This document shows positions 35,301 through 47,063 of a stretch of DNA of 58,520 bases, piece after piece. Position numbers and translations under genes: made by a program. How positions within the stretch are numbered: the first letter of the stretch is position 1; every line of letters begins with the position of its first letter. The DNA comes from Fonticula alba ATCC 38817 (taxonomy: Eukaryota > Protista > Nucleariida): NCBI GenBank assembly GCA_000388065.2, contig KB932203.1. One strand, written 5' to 3'. The notes under the pieces are model-generated. The model was not told where the DNA came from and ran no database searches. It saw nothing but the letters and a program-made list of their open reading frames with translations.

Positions 35301-38300
35301 GGGAGGGGGGCGGGGAGCCGGGCCGCAGCCACTGCCGGGCCCTTTCGCATGCCGTGCGGCTGCCTCGCGCGCACGCGCGCAAGCCCACACACACACACAC
35401 ACCACGCAGGGCCGAAGTGTTGAGCCCATGCCGGCATCCCTGCTGCGCCCCTCCGGCCTCCGTCTCTGACCCGGCTCGCGATGACGCCTCATCTCCTGCT
35501 GCAGCTCTTCCACAAAGAGCGCAAGTACGACCTCTTCCGGTACTGGGTGACCACCGAGGCATCGGGCGACGAGATTGCCCGGCTGTACGAGTCGAACCTG
35601 CGCGCCTTCCAGGCGGCCAACCCCGGGTCCATGCGCGAGGTGGCCCGGCTGGCTCACAAGATCGGGGAGTATGTTCGCGACGGCGGGCACTACAACGAGG
35701 GTGCGTCAGGGGTCCTTCGGCCGGGGCACTCTCACGGCTCGCCGACGCGAAGGGGGACAGGGGGGGGGGGGGGAGGGGAGACGACTGCGCTGTGTGTGCG
35801 TCCGTGCGTCCGGCAATGTGTTGTCCTAACTGCTCCTGCTCCCACTGCTCCACGGTGCGCCTTTCGGCGCGGGGGCTTCGGCCGCCGGTCGGCATCCGGC
35901 ATGTTCCCCCATGTCCACAGCCATCCGCTTCTTCAACATGGCCTGGCGCATCAAGCGCGCGGAATTCGGCGAGCACAGCGTCGAGGTGGCCACCACCATG
36001 AACGAGCTGGGCCGGCTGTACTTCCGCCTTGGCCGCCATGATGAAACCCTGTACATGTGGCGCAAGTCGCTGGAGATCCGCGAGATGACCCGCCAGGGGC
36101 AGGACGATCATGACATCGCCATTTCCCTCAACAACCTGGCTCTCATCTACGAGAAGATGGGCCGCTGGCAGGAGGCCGAACCGACCTACCTCCGGGGTGC
36201 GTCTACCGCGCCCGCCCTGCCCCCCCCCNNNNNNNNNNNNNNNNNNNNNNNNNNNNNNNNNNNNNNNNNNNNNNNNNNNNNNNNNNNNNNNNNNNNNNNN
36301 NNNNNNNNNNNNNNNNNNNNNNNNNNNNNNNNNNNNNNNNNNNNNNNNNNNNNNNNNNNNNNNNNNNNNNNNNNNNNNNNNNNNNNNNNNNNNNNNNNNN
36401 NNNNNNNNNNNNNNNNNNNNNNNNNNNNNNNNNNNNNNNNNNNNNNNNNNNNNNNNNNNNNNNNNNNNNNNNNNNNNNNNNNNNNNNNNNNNNNNNNNNN
36501 NNNNNNNNNNNNNNNNNNNNNNNNNNNNNNNNNNNNNNNNNNNNNNNNNNNNNNNNNNNNNNNNNNNNNNNNNNNNNNNNNNNNNNNNNNNNNNNNNNNN
36601 NNNNNNNNNNNNNNNNNNNNNNNNNNNNNNNNNNNNNNNNNNNNNNNNNNNNNNNNNNNNNNNNNNNNNNNNNNNNNNNNNNNNNNNCCCCCCCTCCGCC
36701 CCGCCCCCCCTTCTGCGGCGCCGGCGCCGGCCACCGCTTGCGCCATGCGAAACAGCCCTGGAAATCTATCAGGCGGTGTCGGGTCCCGACCACCCGGACG
36801 TGGCCATCACCTACCACAACCTGGGCCTGCTGTACAGCAACTACGACGCGCGCTTCGCCGAGGCCGAGGCCATGTATTTGCGGGCACTGGCCATCAAGGA
36901 GCGCCACTACGGGCGCGACCACAATGAGCTGGCCATGACCCTCAACAACCTGGGGCTGGTGTTCAGCAAGAGCGCCCAGTTCAGCCGCGCGGCCGAGCTC
37001 TATCGCAAGGCCATCGAAATCCGCGAGGTGATTTTCGGCCCGGAGCACCCGGACATCGCCCTCTTCTACTTCAACCTCGGGGTGTGCTACGGCAAGATGA
37101 GCCGCCTGGACCGGGCCCGGCCCTGCCTCTTCCGCGCGCTGCGCATCCGCCAGCGGGTGTATGGCCCGCAGCACCAGAGCACCCTGGTGGTCCGGTCGTG
37201 GATCCACTACTTCGGCTGGTATGTCGATGAGGACTCGCTGGCGGCCGAGGCGGCCGGCACCTCGTCCGCCCTCGGCACCGGCGGCCCCGGCACCGGCGGC
37301 GGCGGCGGCAACGATCAAACCACCCGCCGCCGGGCGACCCTCAATGCTGCGGCCGCCACCCGGCCCACCGCTACCGCCACCACGCAGCAGTCGCAGTCGG
37401 CCGCCACGACGCCTTCCACCACGGCCGCCGCCCCGGCCAGCGGGATGCCGAATGCCGGGTCGGCCACCAGCTCCGTGGCCGCCGGCGCCGGGGGGCCTGC
37501 CACCGGCTCCGGCTCCGGCTCCGGCTCCCGGGTCGTCGCGGCCAGTGCCACCGCCAGCAGCAGCCCCGCCGGGGGGGGGCCCCAGGCACCCGGGGCCTCG
37601 CGTGTGGTTCTCACCGCGGCCGGGTCCCCGGCCACTCCGGCCGACGTCGCAGCCGCCACAACCTCCTCCTCGTCCTTGACCTCTCCCTCGCACCAGATCC
37701 CCGCGTCAACCGCCGGGTCCAGTGTCAGCTCGATCTTCCCCGGGCTGCGGCGCACCTCGCCAACTGCCACCAGCCCGTCCATCGGCAACAGCGGCAGCGG
37801 CAGCAGCAGCAGCAGCAGCAGCGGCAGCGGCAGCAGCAACAGTGCCACCCAGCCGGGCCACAGGGCGGCCTTCGCCCCGTACCCGGCCGCCGGATCGAGC
37901 AGCGCCCACGGGGGGGCCCCGCTGACCACGCAGCAGCAGCCGCCGTCTCAGGCAAATGCCCGGTCGGCCCCAACGACGACGCACCTGGCCGGTGGCGGCG
38001 TCGCGGCCATGGTCCTGGACCCGCCGACTGGCGGCGACGCCCTCGGCGGGCCGGTCACCTCGGCCTCCAGCGGTAGCCGGCTGTCCGGCCTCTGGTCTGC
38101 AGCCACTCGCTCATCCATTGTCAGCAGCATCACCAGTGCCAGCAGCAGCAGCGCCTCCAACGGGCGCTCTGGCGGCAGTAGCAGCACCTCGCCTCTGAAC
38201 GCCACGGCCACCGAGCAGCAGCAGCAGCAGCAACAGCTCCATCTCCAAGCCCAGCAGGCTACGCTATTGCAGCAGCAGCAGCAGCAGCAGCATGCGGCGA

Positions 38301-38521
38301 CCGCCGCTGGTCGCCAGCCCGGAGCCGGGTCCGGCAGCAGCAACCACAGCAGCCCCTTCAGTAGAACGTCCTCCGTGGACCCGGCCTTCAGCGGTGCCGG
38401 TGGTGGGTCCTCGGGCCACACGGCCTCGGCGGCTTCCTCGGCCGCCACCGCCGACGACCGGCGGTCCTCCACACGGCGCCCGTCCTTCTCGCGCTCGGCG
38501 CGCAGCTCCCGCTCCCAGTAA
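29338..38521 (+). CDS. F-box + NPHP3/TEP1-like STAND (NACHT-like) NTPase + TPR-repeat protein, at least 8 exons, ~2250 aa
   Basis: Exons 29338-32277, 32535-32753, 33010-33115, 33429-33559, 33756-34874, 35505-35700, 35921-36196, 36756-38521 join in phase (6753 nt); first in-frame ATG used, true start uncertain. F-box PKLAPELWLHVFGFLDPSTLACYCASVSRAWRVLV; Walker A VVIGEKGRGKST; Walker B VVVVVDGLD; SWLPTFIPPNVKMIYS; NPLYLTVLLQYL; SRQGLSEKE; YFHEGLRDAARRRYL; RVVDELPWLL; about six 42-aa TPRs of the HPDVAITYHNLGLLY...EAEAMYLRALAIKE type. Confidence 0.85.
36229..36687. other. Assembly gap inside an intron of the TPR-coding region
   Basis: N run flanked by poly-C, between donor 36197 and acceptor 36755. 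Confidence 0.99.
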
Positions 38522-39339
38522 TGTGACCCTGCGCCCTGTCCCTGCGCGTCCGCACATGGGCGTGGGCATGTGAGGGGGAGAGAGCGAGCGAGGGAAAGAG
38601 AGGGAGAGAGAGAGAGAGACAAAGAGCACGCGACAGCGAGCGAGCCAAGGCGCCAGGACGGCAGGGGGCGCACCACCCCGGAAAACTTGGTCGCATTTTC
38701 CAGCTGCAGCAACACGAGGAATGATGAAGACATTGCCCCTCTCCCCCCGGTCGTATCCCCCGCACGCACGCGTGTGCACATACATCGGTGTGCATGACAA
38801 GACAAACACGATTACGAGACCGAGACACCAGGCGAGAGGGAGAGAGAGAGAGAGAGGGAACAAGCGCAAAGAGATAGAGCGACGGCGGCAAAATACCCGC
38901 TTTCACTCGGCTCGCCCTGCCCCCACCCCAGCCCCACCCACCGCGCCGCCCGGAGGCCCGGGGCTGGCGCCCGAGAGAGAGAGAGACACGCGAGGAACGA
39001 CACATCAAGGAAAGAATCAGCAGAAAGGGCGACCGCGCGCGCGCATGCGCGAGGGCACATGGATAGGCTCTCTTTGACATATATTCACACGCACGCCAGG
39101 GGGGGCAGACGCCAGAATGGCACCCCCCAGTCCCGCCGCCGCACCGCGCCATCACCGATGTCCCCCACCCACCATTTGCCGCCGCCACCGCCGCGGCCGC
39201 CGCCGCCGCCAGAGTCTCCTCCCCCCGGCCCCGGGGCGGAGCGGACACATGCGAGGGCACAATAGGAGGGAGAGAGAGAGAGAGACAGAAGTCGAAAGGG
39301 GGACACACCACAGCAGCCGCCAGCCGCCTGAAGCACAAA

Positions 39340-39345
39340 AATAAA
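39340..39345 (+). promoter_or_regulatory. Candidate polyadenylation signal for the F-box-STAND-TPR gene
   Basis: AATAAA followed 10 nt later by a genomic A12 run (39356-39367), in the convergent intergenic region. Confidence 0.25.
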
Positions 39346-39963
39346 CCACATTGCCAAAAAAAAAAAAGAGCAGTGCCGTCTCACCTTCCGCCACAGAGGG
39401 AGGCGAGAGGGGCGCAGGGGGGAGGGTGGTGTGCCACCAACCGCGCCGGGGAATGAGACCGGAAGAAGGGGCAAAGGGGCGGCTGAAATGTTTGTGTGTA
39501 GTCTATGTATAACAAGGGGGTGAGGAGCTGGGGGGGGGAGGGGGGGGAGGGGAAAGAGGAGAAAAGCGGGAGAAGGAGCCCAGCCGCAGAACATCACAAG
39601 GAGGGGAGAAACGGGGAGAAAGAGAAAGGACAACAGACGCAGAGACAATGAGTCTCCTCTCGCGAGGATGTGCATGCCTGCGCATGCACGCATGCACGCA
39701 TGCACGCACGCACGCACGCACGCACGCGGACATGCACATGCACTCGAATGTGAGTGAGAGAGGGGGCCCGAGCCGGCGGCAGGCGCAGGGCGAGGGACGC
39801 AGAGCGAGGGGGAGCGGGGGGAGGGGGAGGGGGGCGCACGCGCCCGATGACAACGATGGGGCCCTGGGGCATGCCCATGCGACGCGCTCGCACCCCACCC
39901 ACCCCCCCCCCTCCCCCTCCCCGGCCTGCATGCTCACACTTGGCCTACACCTGTGTCTCTCGC

Positions 39964-41820
39964 TCACGAGCGCCAGATGTTGCCGCCCGAGAACTCGTCG
40001 ATGACACGCAGCAGGTCGGTCGGCGGGCGGATGATCTGCACCACGAGCGGCGACGCGTCATACAGGCCGCGCAGGAAGGCCGCCACATCCTCATCCGACA
40101 GGGCGGCCCCGGTGTTGGGCAGCGACCGGAAAACGCACAGCAGCGGCTCCAGGGCCTGGTGGCCAGGCGGGCTGTCGGTCACCGCGCGCACCAGGCGCAG
40201 AACTCGCATGGCCAGCTCGCGCTGCTTGGCCTCCGGCATGCTGTCGAACACCCGGTCCAGGGTGTTCAGGTAGGCCTGCGAGGCGGCCACCGCCGGCGAG
40301 GTGGCCACCGCCGCCTTGCCCTTCTTCGGGGAGGCCATGGTGGCCAGGTCGGCCTTGACGCGCTCCAGCGACATGTTCGCCAGCACATGGAGCAGGTCCT
40401 CGGCCGGGAAGGAATCCAGCAGGCCGGTCGTGCCGTTGGCCATGGCCTCGGTCAGGGCCGCGCGAATGGCCTCGGCCTGGGCCGGAGGGTTAGCCAGCTC
40501 GGCCACATACTGGGCCCAGGTGTCGCTGGAGTTGGTCAGGCGGTTCATCTCCCGAACCAGGAAGTTGGCCATCGGCCGCGGCATCAGACCGCGAACCTGG
40601 TAAAGGCTCAGCAGCAGGTCGGCCGCGTGCATGTTCCGCTCCATGCCCGGCGACTTGGGGTCCAGGTCGACGGTGGTGCGCAGCGGCGCCGGCGGCGCAC
40701 CCCCCAGGCCAATGGTCGAGGAGGACGCATCCTCCGGCCGGTGGAGGAACTCAAAGCGCTCGATGGCCGTCTGCATGTCGGACTTCGACAGCGGCGGGGC
40801 GATGGTGGCCAGGCCACGGGTGAAGCGCTCCAGCGCGCGCTCATACATCTGCACCGCGATGCCGGCCCCGGAGGAGGACACCGGCTCCGGCATCTCCATG
40901 TCCAGGCGCTGGACCAGCTTCTGCGCCACCGGGTACAGGGCGTCCAGCAGGGTCTGCGAAATGGCACGATGATGGGCCGAGGCGGCCAGCCGATCCGACT
41001 CCGGCAGGACCACCGGCCGGGTGTACGCCTGCAGGTTGCCAAAGGCGTGGGTATTCCCCAGGCCGTCCGGCACCGACTGGTAGAAGTCCCGGCGGTTGTC
41101 ATAGAGCAGCTCCCGCGCGGCGGTGTTCTTCGGCCACAGGATCCCAAAGAGATCGGTCTCGAAGTTGGTGGCCAGGGCATTGCCCACATGCGTGTGCAGA
41201 CCCGGCTTGGGCTTGTACATGGCCGACACATAGGTGTTGTACGCGGGGAAGGTGAAGGGCGAGCGCATGACACTCCGGGAGAACTTAGACGCCGGCGGCA
41301 GGGCGAAGCGCTCGAAGTTCGGCCGCATCTGCCCCTCCACATGGGGGAGGTCCAGCTCGGAAGAGTGGTCGACATTCATGTCGAGCTGTGTTGTGGCCGG
41401 CGGTGGCGAGGGGCGAGGGGCGAGGGGCGAGGGGCGAGGGGCGAGGGGCGAGGGGCGAGGGGCGAGGGGGGAGGGGGACAAAAGAAGACGGTGCAGGTGT
41501 GAGTAATCTCATGATGGGGACGCAGGCAGAAGGGATGGCACGAAGGGGCCATGCAGGAGAGGGGGGGGAGGGCAGAGGGAGAGAGCATACGCACCGGGAC
41601 AAAGAACCCATCAACGATGCTGTCAGTGACCTCCTCGACAGTGGCGAAGTTCCACTTGGGAGACTGGTCCTTGTCGATGAGAGCCGCGCGGACACCCTCG
41701 ACGAAGTCGCCCTTGGGGTGCTGTTACACAGCAAGAGAGGAAGGAGGCAGGGGGGAGAGGGGGGAAGAAAGAGAAAAGGGAGACGAAAGAGAAAAGGGAG
41801 ACGAAAGAGAAAAGGGAGAC

Positions 41821-41866
<46 letters not shown>

Positions 41867-44375
41867 TCAGCAACCAGCGCCTGAAGTCGAAAGGGGAACG
41901 GGGGAACGGGGAAACGGGCCATAACAAAGAGGACAAACGCACCAGGGCAATGCGCTGGCTCAGACGGTACTCCAGGCGCAGGCACTTACGGATGGACAGA
42001 TCGCGCGCCATGCGGATCAGACGGTGGGTGATGGCCATGCTCAGGGGGGAGTTCTTCTCCATCATGGCGAGAATCTTCTTGGCGAAGGGGGTGTCGGTAA
42101 CCCGGAGAGCGCCCATGATCTCGGGCAGGGTCTCCAGAGAGAAGACGCTGAGAAAGGCGGGGACGGAGGAGGAGGGGGCGGGAGGCGAAAAGAGGAGGAG
42201 CCAGGCAAATCAGGAGCAAAGCGATGTCAGGGGTCATGCATCGGGCATGGCGTGCCACGGCGGGCGGCAAGCGGAAGCGAGGAGGAGGCAGGGCGACTGG
42301 CTACGCACGTGTTGATGAAGCCCATGTGCTCGGCCAGGGAGAAGGGGGCTGCATGACGGCGAGGGGAGGTGGCGAGGGCGAGGGTCAGCGGTGAAGGCCG
42401 AAAGGACAACCGAAGGGAAGAGACCAGGCCCCCGGTGGTAAGGAGGGCTAGCACGCTCGCGGCGTCGGGACAAACGCACGGATATCCACGGTGGCATGCT
42501 CATTGAGCTGGTAGTTGATGCGATCGGCGTTCAGGCGCGGGGTGCTGCTGAGGAACTCATGGACCATCGGGTGCATGTCCTCCTCGATATAGTGGGTGGC
42601 AATGCGCGACCAGCTGCCAGACGGCCAGGCGACACGCAAGCAGGAGCAGCAGGGCCGGCGAGGGGCGCCTGGGGGTCAGAATGTGCGGCTACCCGCGCGG
42701 GCTGCCATGCTGTTCGGCAGGGAGGGAGAGAGAGAGAGAGAGGTGGAGGGGGAATGCACAAAGGCGGGGTCTGACATGTACGCACAACACATCGGCACCC
42801 TTGAGCTGGTAACCGGTCAGGGCAAGGAACATGCCGAGCTCGCCATCCAGGCGGGCCAGATTATAGGACATGCCGACGTCGGGGAACAGGCCGATGGCAC
42901 ACTCTGTCAAGCACCCAGGCGGAGGAGAGGGGAAGCCCAAGGCAAGGAGGCATGTCAGTCCGCAGTCCGGATGACGGACCAGCATCCGGTGGGAAGGGCA
43001 CCATGAAGGCAGGCGGGGCACGCACCGGGCATGGAGAAAAGGGTCGACTCCGAGGCAATCCGGAAGTGGCCATGAACGGAAATACCGGCACCGCCACCCA
43101 CTAAGGGAGTAAAGAGAGCGAACACATGCGAAACCGTTAGAGAGAGAGAGAGAGAGAGACAAAGACAAAGAGAGAGGGGGGCAGGCGAAGAGTGCCGGGG
43201 ACGGGGGGAACCGAGCATGCATACACACGCGCATATGCGTCCCCGCCCCCTGCTCCCCTCTGTGGCTCTCGGAAAGTGGCAAAGGGAAAGACGCACTGAC
43301 GATGCCCCTGAGGAAGGACACGACCGGCACGGGGTAGGTGGCCAGCAGGAGGTTGGCGTGGTACTCGTTCTTGAAGAACTCGCGGAACATCGGGGTGTTC
43401 TCCTTGATGGACTTGACCACGGCGCGCACGTCACCACCGGCGCAGAAGGCGCGCGGCGAGGTGGACCGGATGATCACCGACGAGGGGGGGAAGGGCTCGC
43501 TCTTCCAGGTCTGTGCAAGGAGAAGGAGGAGGAGGAGGAGGGGGGGGGAGAAATAAGGGGTCAGCGATATGCACATACACATGAGCGTGCACGCGCGCGC
43601 GGCCAGGCCCAGGCCAAAGCGCGGCCCAGGGCTCGAGCCCAGCTGGCGGCCATCCACGCACCAGGAGCAGATCGTTGATGGTGTCCACCATGCCGGAGTT
43701 CAGGGCGTTGAGGGCGCGCGGGCGGTTCAGGAGAAGGTGGCGGGTCCGGCCATCCTCGGCGCCGACGACCTCGTCCTTCGGCAGGTTGGTGGACAGCTTG
43801 CCACGGTAGGACTCCAGGTAGGACACCACGCGGAAGTTGCCATCATGCACGAGTTTCCGGCCGCCGTAGCCAACCGACGAGCCGGCCAGCGGCCCGGGGT
43901 TGGCCTTGTAGTTGAGGGTCGTCTGCGGGGACATGCCCTCCAGCGGGACACTCAGCGCGGCCTCCTGGAAGGAGTAGGCCGACACCTCCTTGCCGGTCCA
44001 GTGCTGCCAGGTGGGCCCAACCGGGCCGGCGTCCTTGACAAAGCCCGGCACCGGGGTGGCCGCCCGCTGGGCGCTGGCCTCCTGCAGGAAGGCCTGCATG
44101 GCATCGACCGAGGACGAGTTGGCCGCCGCGGCGGCATTCACCGCGGCGAGGGCCTCCTCGGTGGAGATCGGCCGACCGGAGGTGTCATACTGGGCCAGGA
44201 CATTGTGCGACTCGGCCAGGAAGTCGGGCAGCTTGGTGCTGAAGGACCGCGCTGGGGCATCGGCGTCGGCATTGGCGCCGAGGCGCAACGACCGGGCGAC
44301 GAGGGCCGCCGGAATGGCGGCCGTCTGGCCGGGCCGGGACTGGTGGCGCGAAGCAAGGAGGGCACGGCTGAGCAT
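39964..44375 (-). CDS. HIBCH: Mitochondrial 3-hydroxyisobutyryl-CoA hydrolase family protein (HIBCH / fungal Ehd3, mS47-like) with long N- and C-terminal extensions, 9 exons, ~1015 aa
   Basis: Exons 44375-43662, 43510-43297, 43100-43026, 42903-42786, 42613-42480, 42348-42309, 42147-41943, 41720-41595, 41385-39964 join in phase (3048 nt). [13 protein letters not shown]; [10 protein letters not shown]; [41 protein letters not shown]; [13 protein letters not shown]; [13 protein letters not shown]; CLRLEYRL; [19 protein letters not shown]. Arg-rich, acid-poor N-terminus [14 protein letters not shown]... with ARSFS. Confidence 0.9.
41405..41467. repeat. (GGCGAGG)9 perfect heptamer array in the last HIBCH intron
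   Basis: Seen directly. Reads (CCTCGCC)n on the transcribed strand, 18 nt from the acceptor; GGGG runs on the plus strand. Confidence 0.95.
41767..41860. repeat. Three perfect 18-bp copies of GAAAGAGAAAAGGGAGAC followed by (GA)n, intronic
   Basis: Copies at 41767-41784, 41785-41802, 41803-41820, then a GA dinucleotide run. Confidence 0.93.
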
Positions 44376-45429
44376 GGCTGCGGCGTTGTCGGTGCTCCTG
44401 CCTTTTGTTGCTGGTGTTGTGTCTTTTTTTTTCTTTCCCGAAACGGAAGGGAGGCGGTCGCGGCGGCGGAGGGGCTCGAGACCGGGAGGGTAAGGGTGCA
44501 GGTGCAGAGGGCGAAAGAGGAAAGGGAGGGAGGGGGAGGCAGAGAGGCGACGGGCAAGGAGGCGGGAGGGGGGAGGGGGGGAGGGGGGAGGAGGTGTCTC
44601 TGCACGTTGATCGCTAGTGCGCCAACGGAAGGCGCCGCCGGCGCCGCCCCACTTCAGAGGGCGAGGTGCCGCCGGCCAGCACGGGCGGATGGAGAGTCCG
44701 CGGCGTGNNNNNNNNNNNNNNNNNNNNNNNNNNNNNNNNNNNNNNNNNNNNNNNNNNNNNNNNNNNNNNNNNNNNNNNNNNNNNNNNNNNNNNNNNNCGA
44801 GGGGCTGGCTATCGCGCCAGAGACCAGCGCCGTCCCTCGAGCCTGCCCTGGCGCGACCGGCTCTACGTCCCGCCCGCCCCTCCCAAGCAACGAACCAGCG
44901 CCGGAGCCTCGGGCGGACGCCCCCCCCCCCCCCCTTGTGCAGGCCGCATCTGCCACACACGCTCTCGCCCCTCTGATGTGCGCGCGCGCGCGTGTGGATG
45001 CATGCGAATGCAGGGACGCTGACGCGCGCGGGCGCGGGCGCGGTTCTGGTGTTGGCCGGCTGGGTGCTAAGCACTGGCACCCCGCTGGCCAGGAAGCCCA
45101 GGGTGCGTTCTCCAGCCGGGCGGAGTGCGCTGCCATCCACGGCCCTGCCACTGCCCGCCCCCCAAACGAAGGCGCGCTGAGGTTCTCGGTTCTGGAGCAT
45201 CTCGCGCCACCCTGGCTCAGAGGGCCCATCCCGGGCGCATGACCCTAGGCAGGTTTGTGTAGAGCGGAACGCTGTTCCGCGGCAGGTGATATGCTCACGC
45301 GGGATGCATGCGCGGGCGGGCACCCGACCGCCGGGGCATCCCGCTCCCCGGAGGACGGGGGCCGGGGTCTGCCCCCCTCGGTCCCCCGCATGGCCGAGAT
45401 CTGCCCTGAGTTGGCGGCCGGTGTCCCGC

Positions 45430-46377
45430 NNNNNNNNNNNNNNNNNNNNNNNNNNNNNNNNNNNNNNNNNNNNNNNNNNNNNNNNNNNNNNNNNNNNNNN
45501 NNNNNNNNNNNNNNNNNNNNNNNNNNNNNNNNNNNNNNNNNNNNNNNNNNNNNNNNNNNNNNNNNNNNNNNNNNNNNNNNNNNNNNNNNNNNNNNNNNNN
45601 NNNNNNNNNNNNNNNNNNNNNNNNNNNNNNNNNNNNNNNNNNNNNNNNNNNNNNNNNNNNNNNNNNNNNNNNNNNNNNNNNNNNNNNNNNNNNNNNNNNN
45701 NNNNNNNNNNNNNNNNNNNNNNNNNNNNNNNNNNNNNNNNNNNNNNNNNNNNNNNNNNNNNNNNNNNNNNNNNNNNNNNNNNNNNNNNNNNNNNNNNNNN
45801 NNNNNNNNNNNNNNNNNNNNNNNNNNNNNNNNNNNNNNNNNNNNNNNNNNNNNNNNNNNNNNNNNNNNNNNNNNNNNNNNNNNNNNNNNNNNNNNNNNNN
45901 NNNNNNNNNNNNNNNNNNNNNNNNNNNNNNNNNNNNNNNNNNNNNNNNNNNNNNNNNNNNNNNNNNNNNNNNNNNNNNNNNNNNNNNNNNNNNNNNNNNN
46001 NNNNNNNNNNNNNNNNNNNNNNNNNNNNNNNNNNNNNNNNNNNNNNNNNNNNNNNNNNNNNNNNNNNNNNNNNNNNNNNNNNNNNNNNNNNNNNNNNNNN
46101 NNNNNNNNNNNNNNNNNNNNNNNNNNNNNNNNNNNNNNNNNNNNNNNNNNNNNNNNNNNNNNNNNNNNNNNNNNNNNNNNNNNNNNNNNNNNNNNNNNNN
46201 NNNNNNNNNNNNNNNNNNNNNNNNNNNNNNNNNNNNNNNNNNNNNNNNNNNNNNNNNNNNNNNNNNNNNNNNNNNNNNNNNNNNNNNNNNNNNNNNNNNN
46301 NNNNNNNNNNNNNNNNNNNNNNNNNNNNNNNNNNNNNNNNNNNNNNNNNNNNNNNNNNNNNNNNNNNNNNNNNNNNN
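45430..46377. other. Assembly gap probably containing the 5' exon(s) of the OPRT gene
   Basis: N run. The N-terminal OPRT sequence is not seen in the flanks, and the first visible exon starts at an acceptor in phase 2. Confidence 0.8.
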
Positions 46378-46454
46378 GGGGGGGGGAACGAGCTTTGTTC
46401 CGGCATGGCTTTGCTTTGACCCCGGGGCCGATGTCTCACACGCCTGTCCGAAAG

Positions 46455-47022
46455 TATCCCCCTGGTGGCCTCGGTCGCCGGTGCCCTGTACAAGGAGCAC
46501 AACTTGGATTTCATTTATGCCTTTGACCGCAAGGAGGTGCGCGCATTTCTTGCCTTCCCCCGCTGTGGCAGCCCTTTTTCGCCTCCCCCCCCCCCCTCCA
46601 ACGCACCGCCAAACAGCAAGTCCCTTGCGCCAATGCCCAGACGCACTGATGCCCGTGTCCCCTTTTTGCCTTCCCCAGGCCAAGGCCCACGGCGAGGGCG
46701 GCACCATTGTCGGCCCGGAGCTTGCCGGCAAGAAGGTCTTCCTGGTGGATGATGTGATCACCTCTGGCAAGGCCATCCGCCATACCATCGATCTGCTGAA
46801 TGTCCAGCGTGTGGATCAGATCACCGGTGTCATGGTGGCCCTGGACCGCGCGGAGAAGGCCCTCGTGACGTACGACCCTCTGCCTTGCTCTTCTCTCCAT
46901 GCTCTCCCACCCCCGCCGCGCCACAACCCCGGGACTCAGCTCACCTGTCTCTTCCAACGGGGCCTCTGCCTGGCCGCTCTTTCTCCCGCACCGGTGTGTG
47001 GGGGCATACACACACGCACATA

Positions 47023-47063
<41 letters not shown>

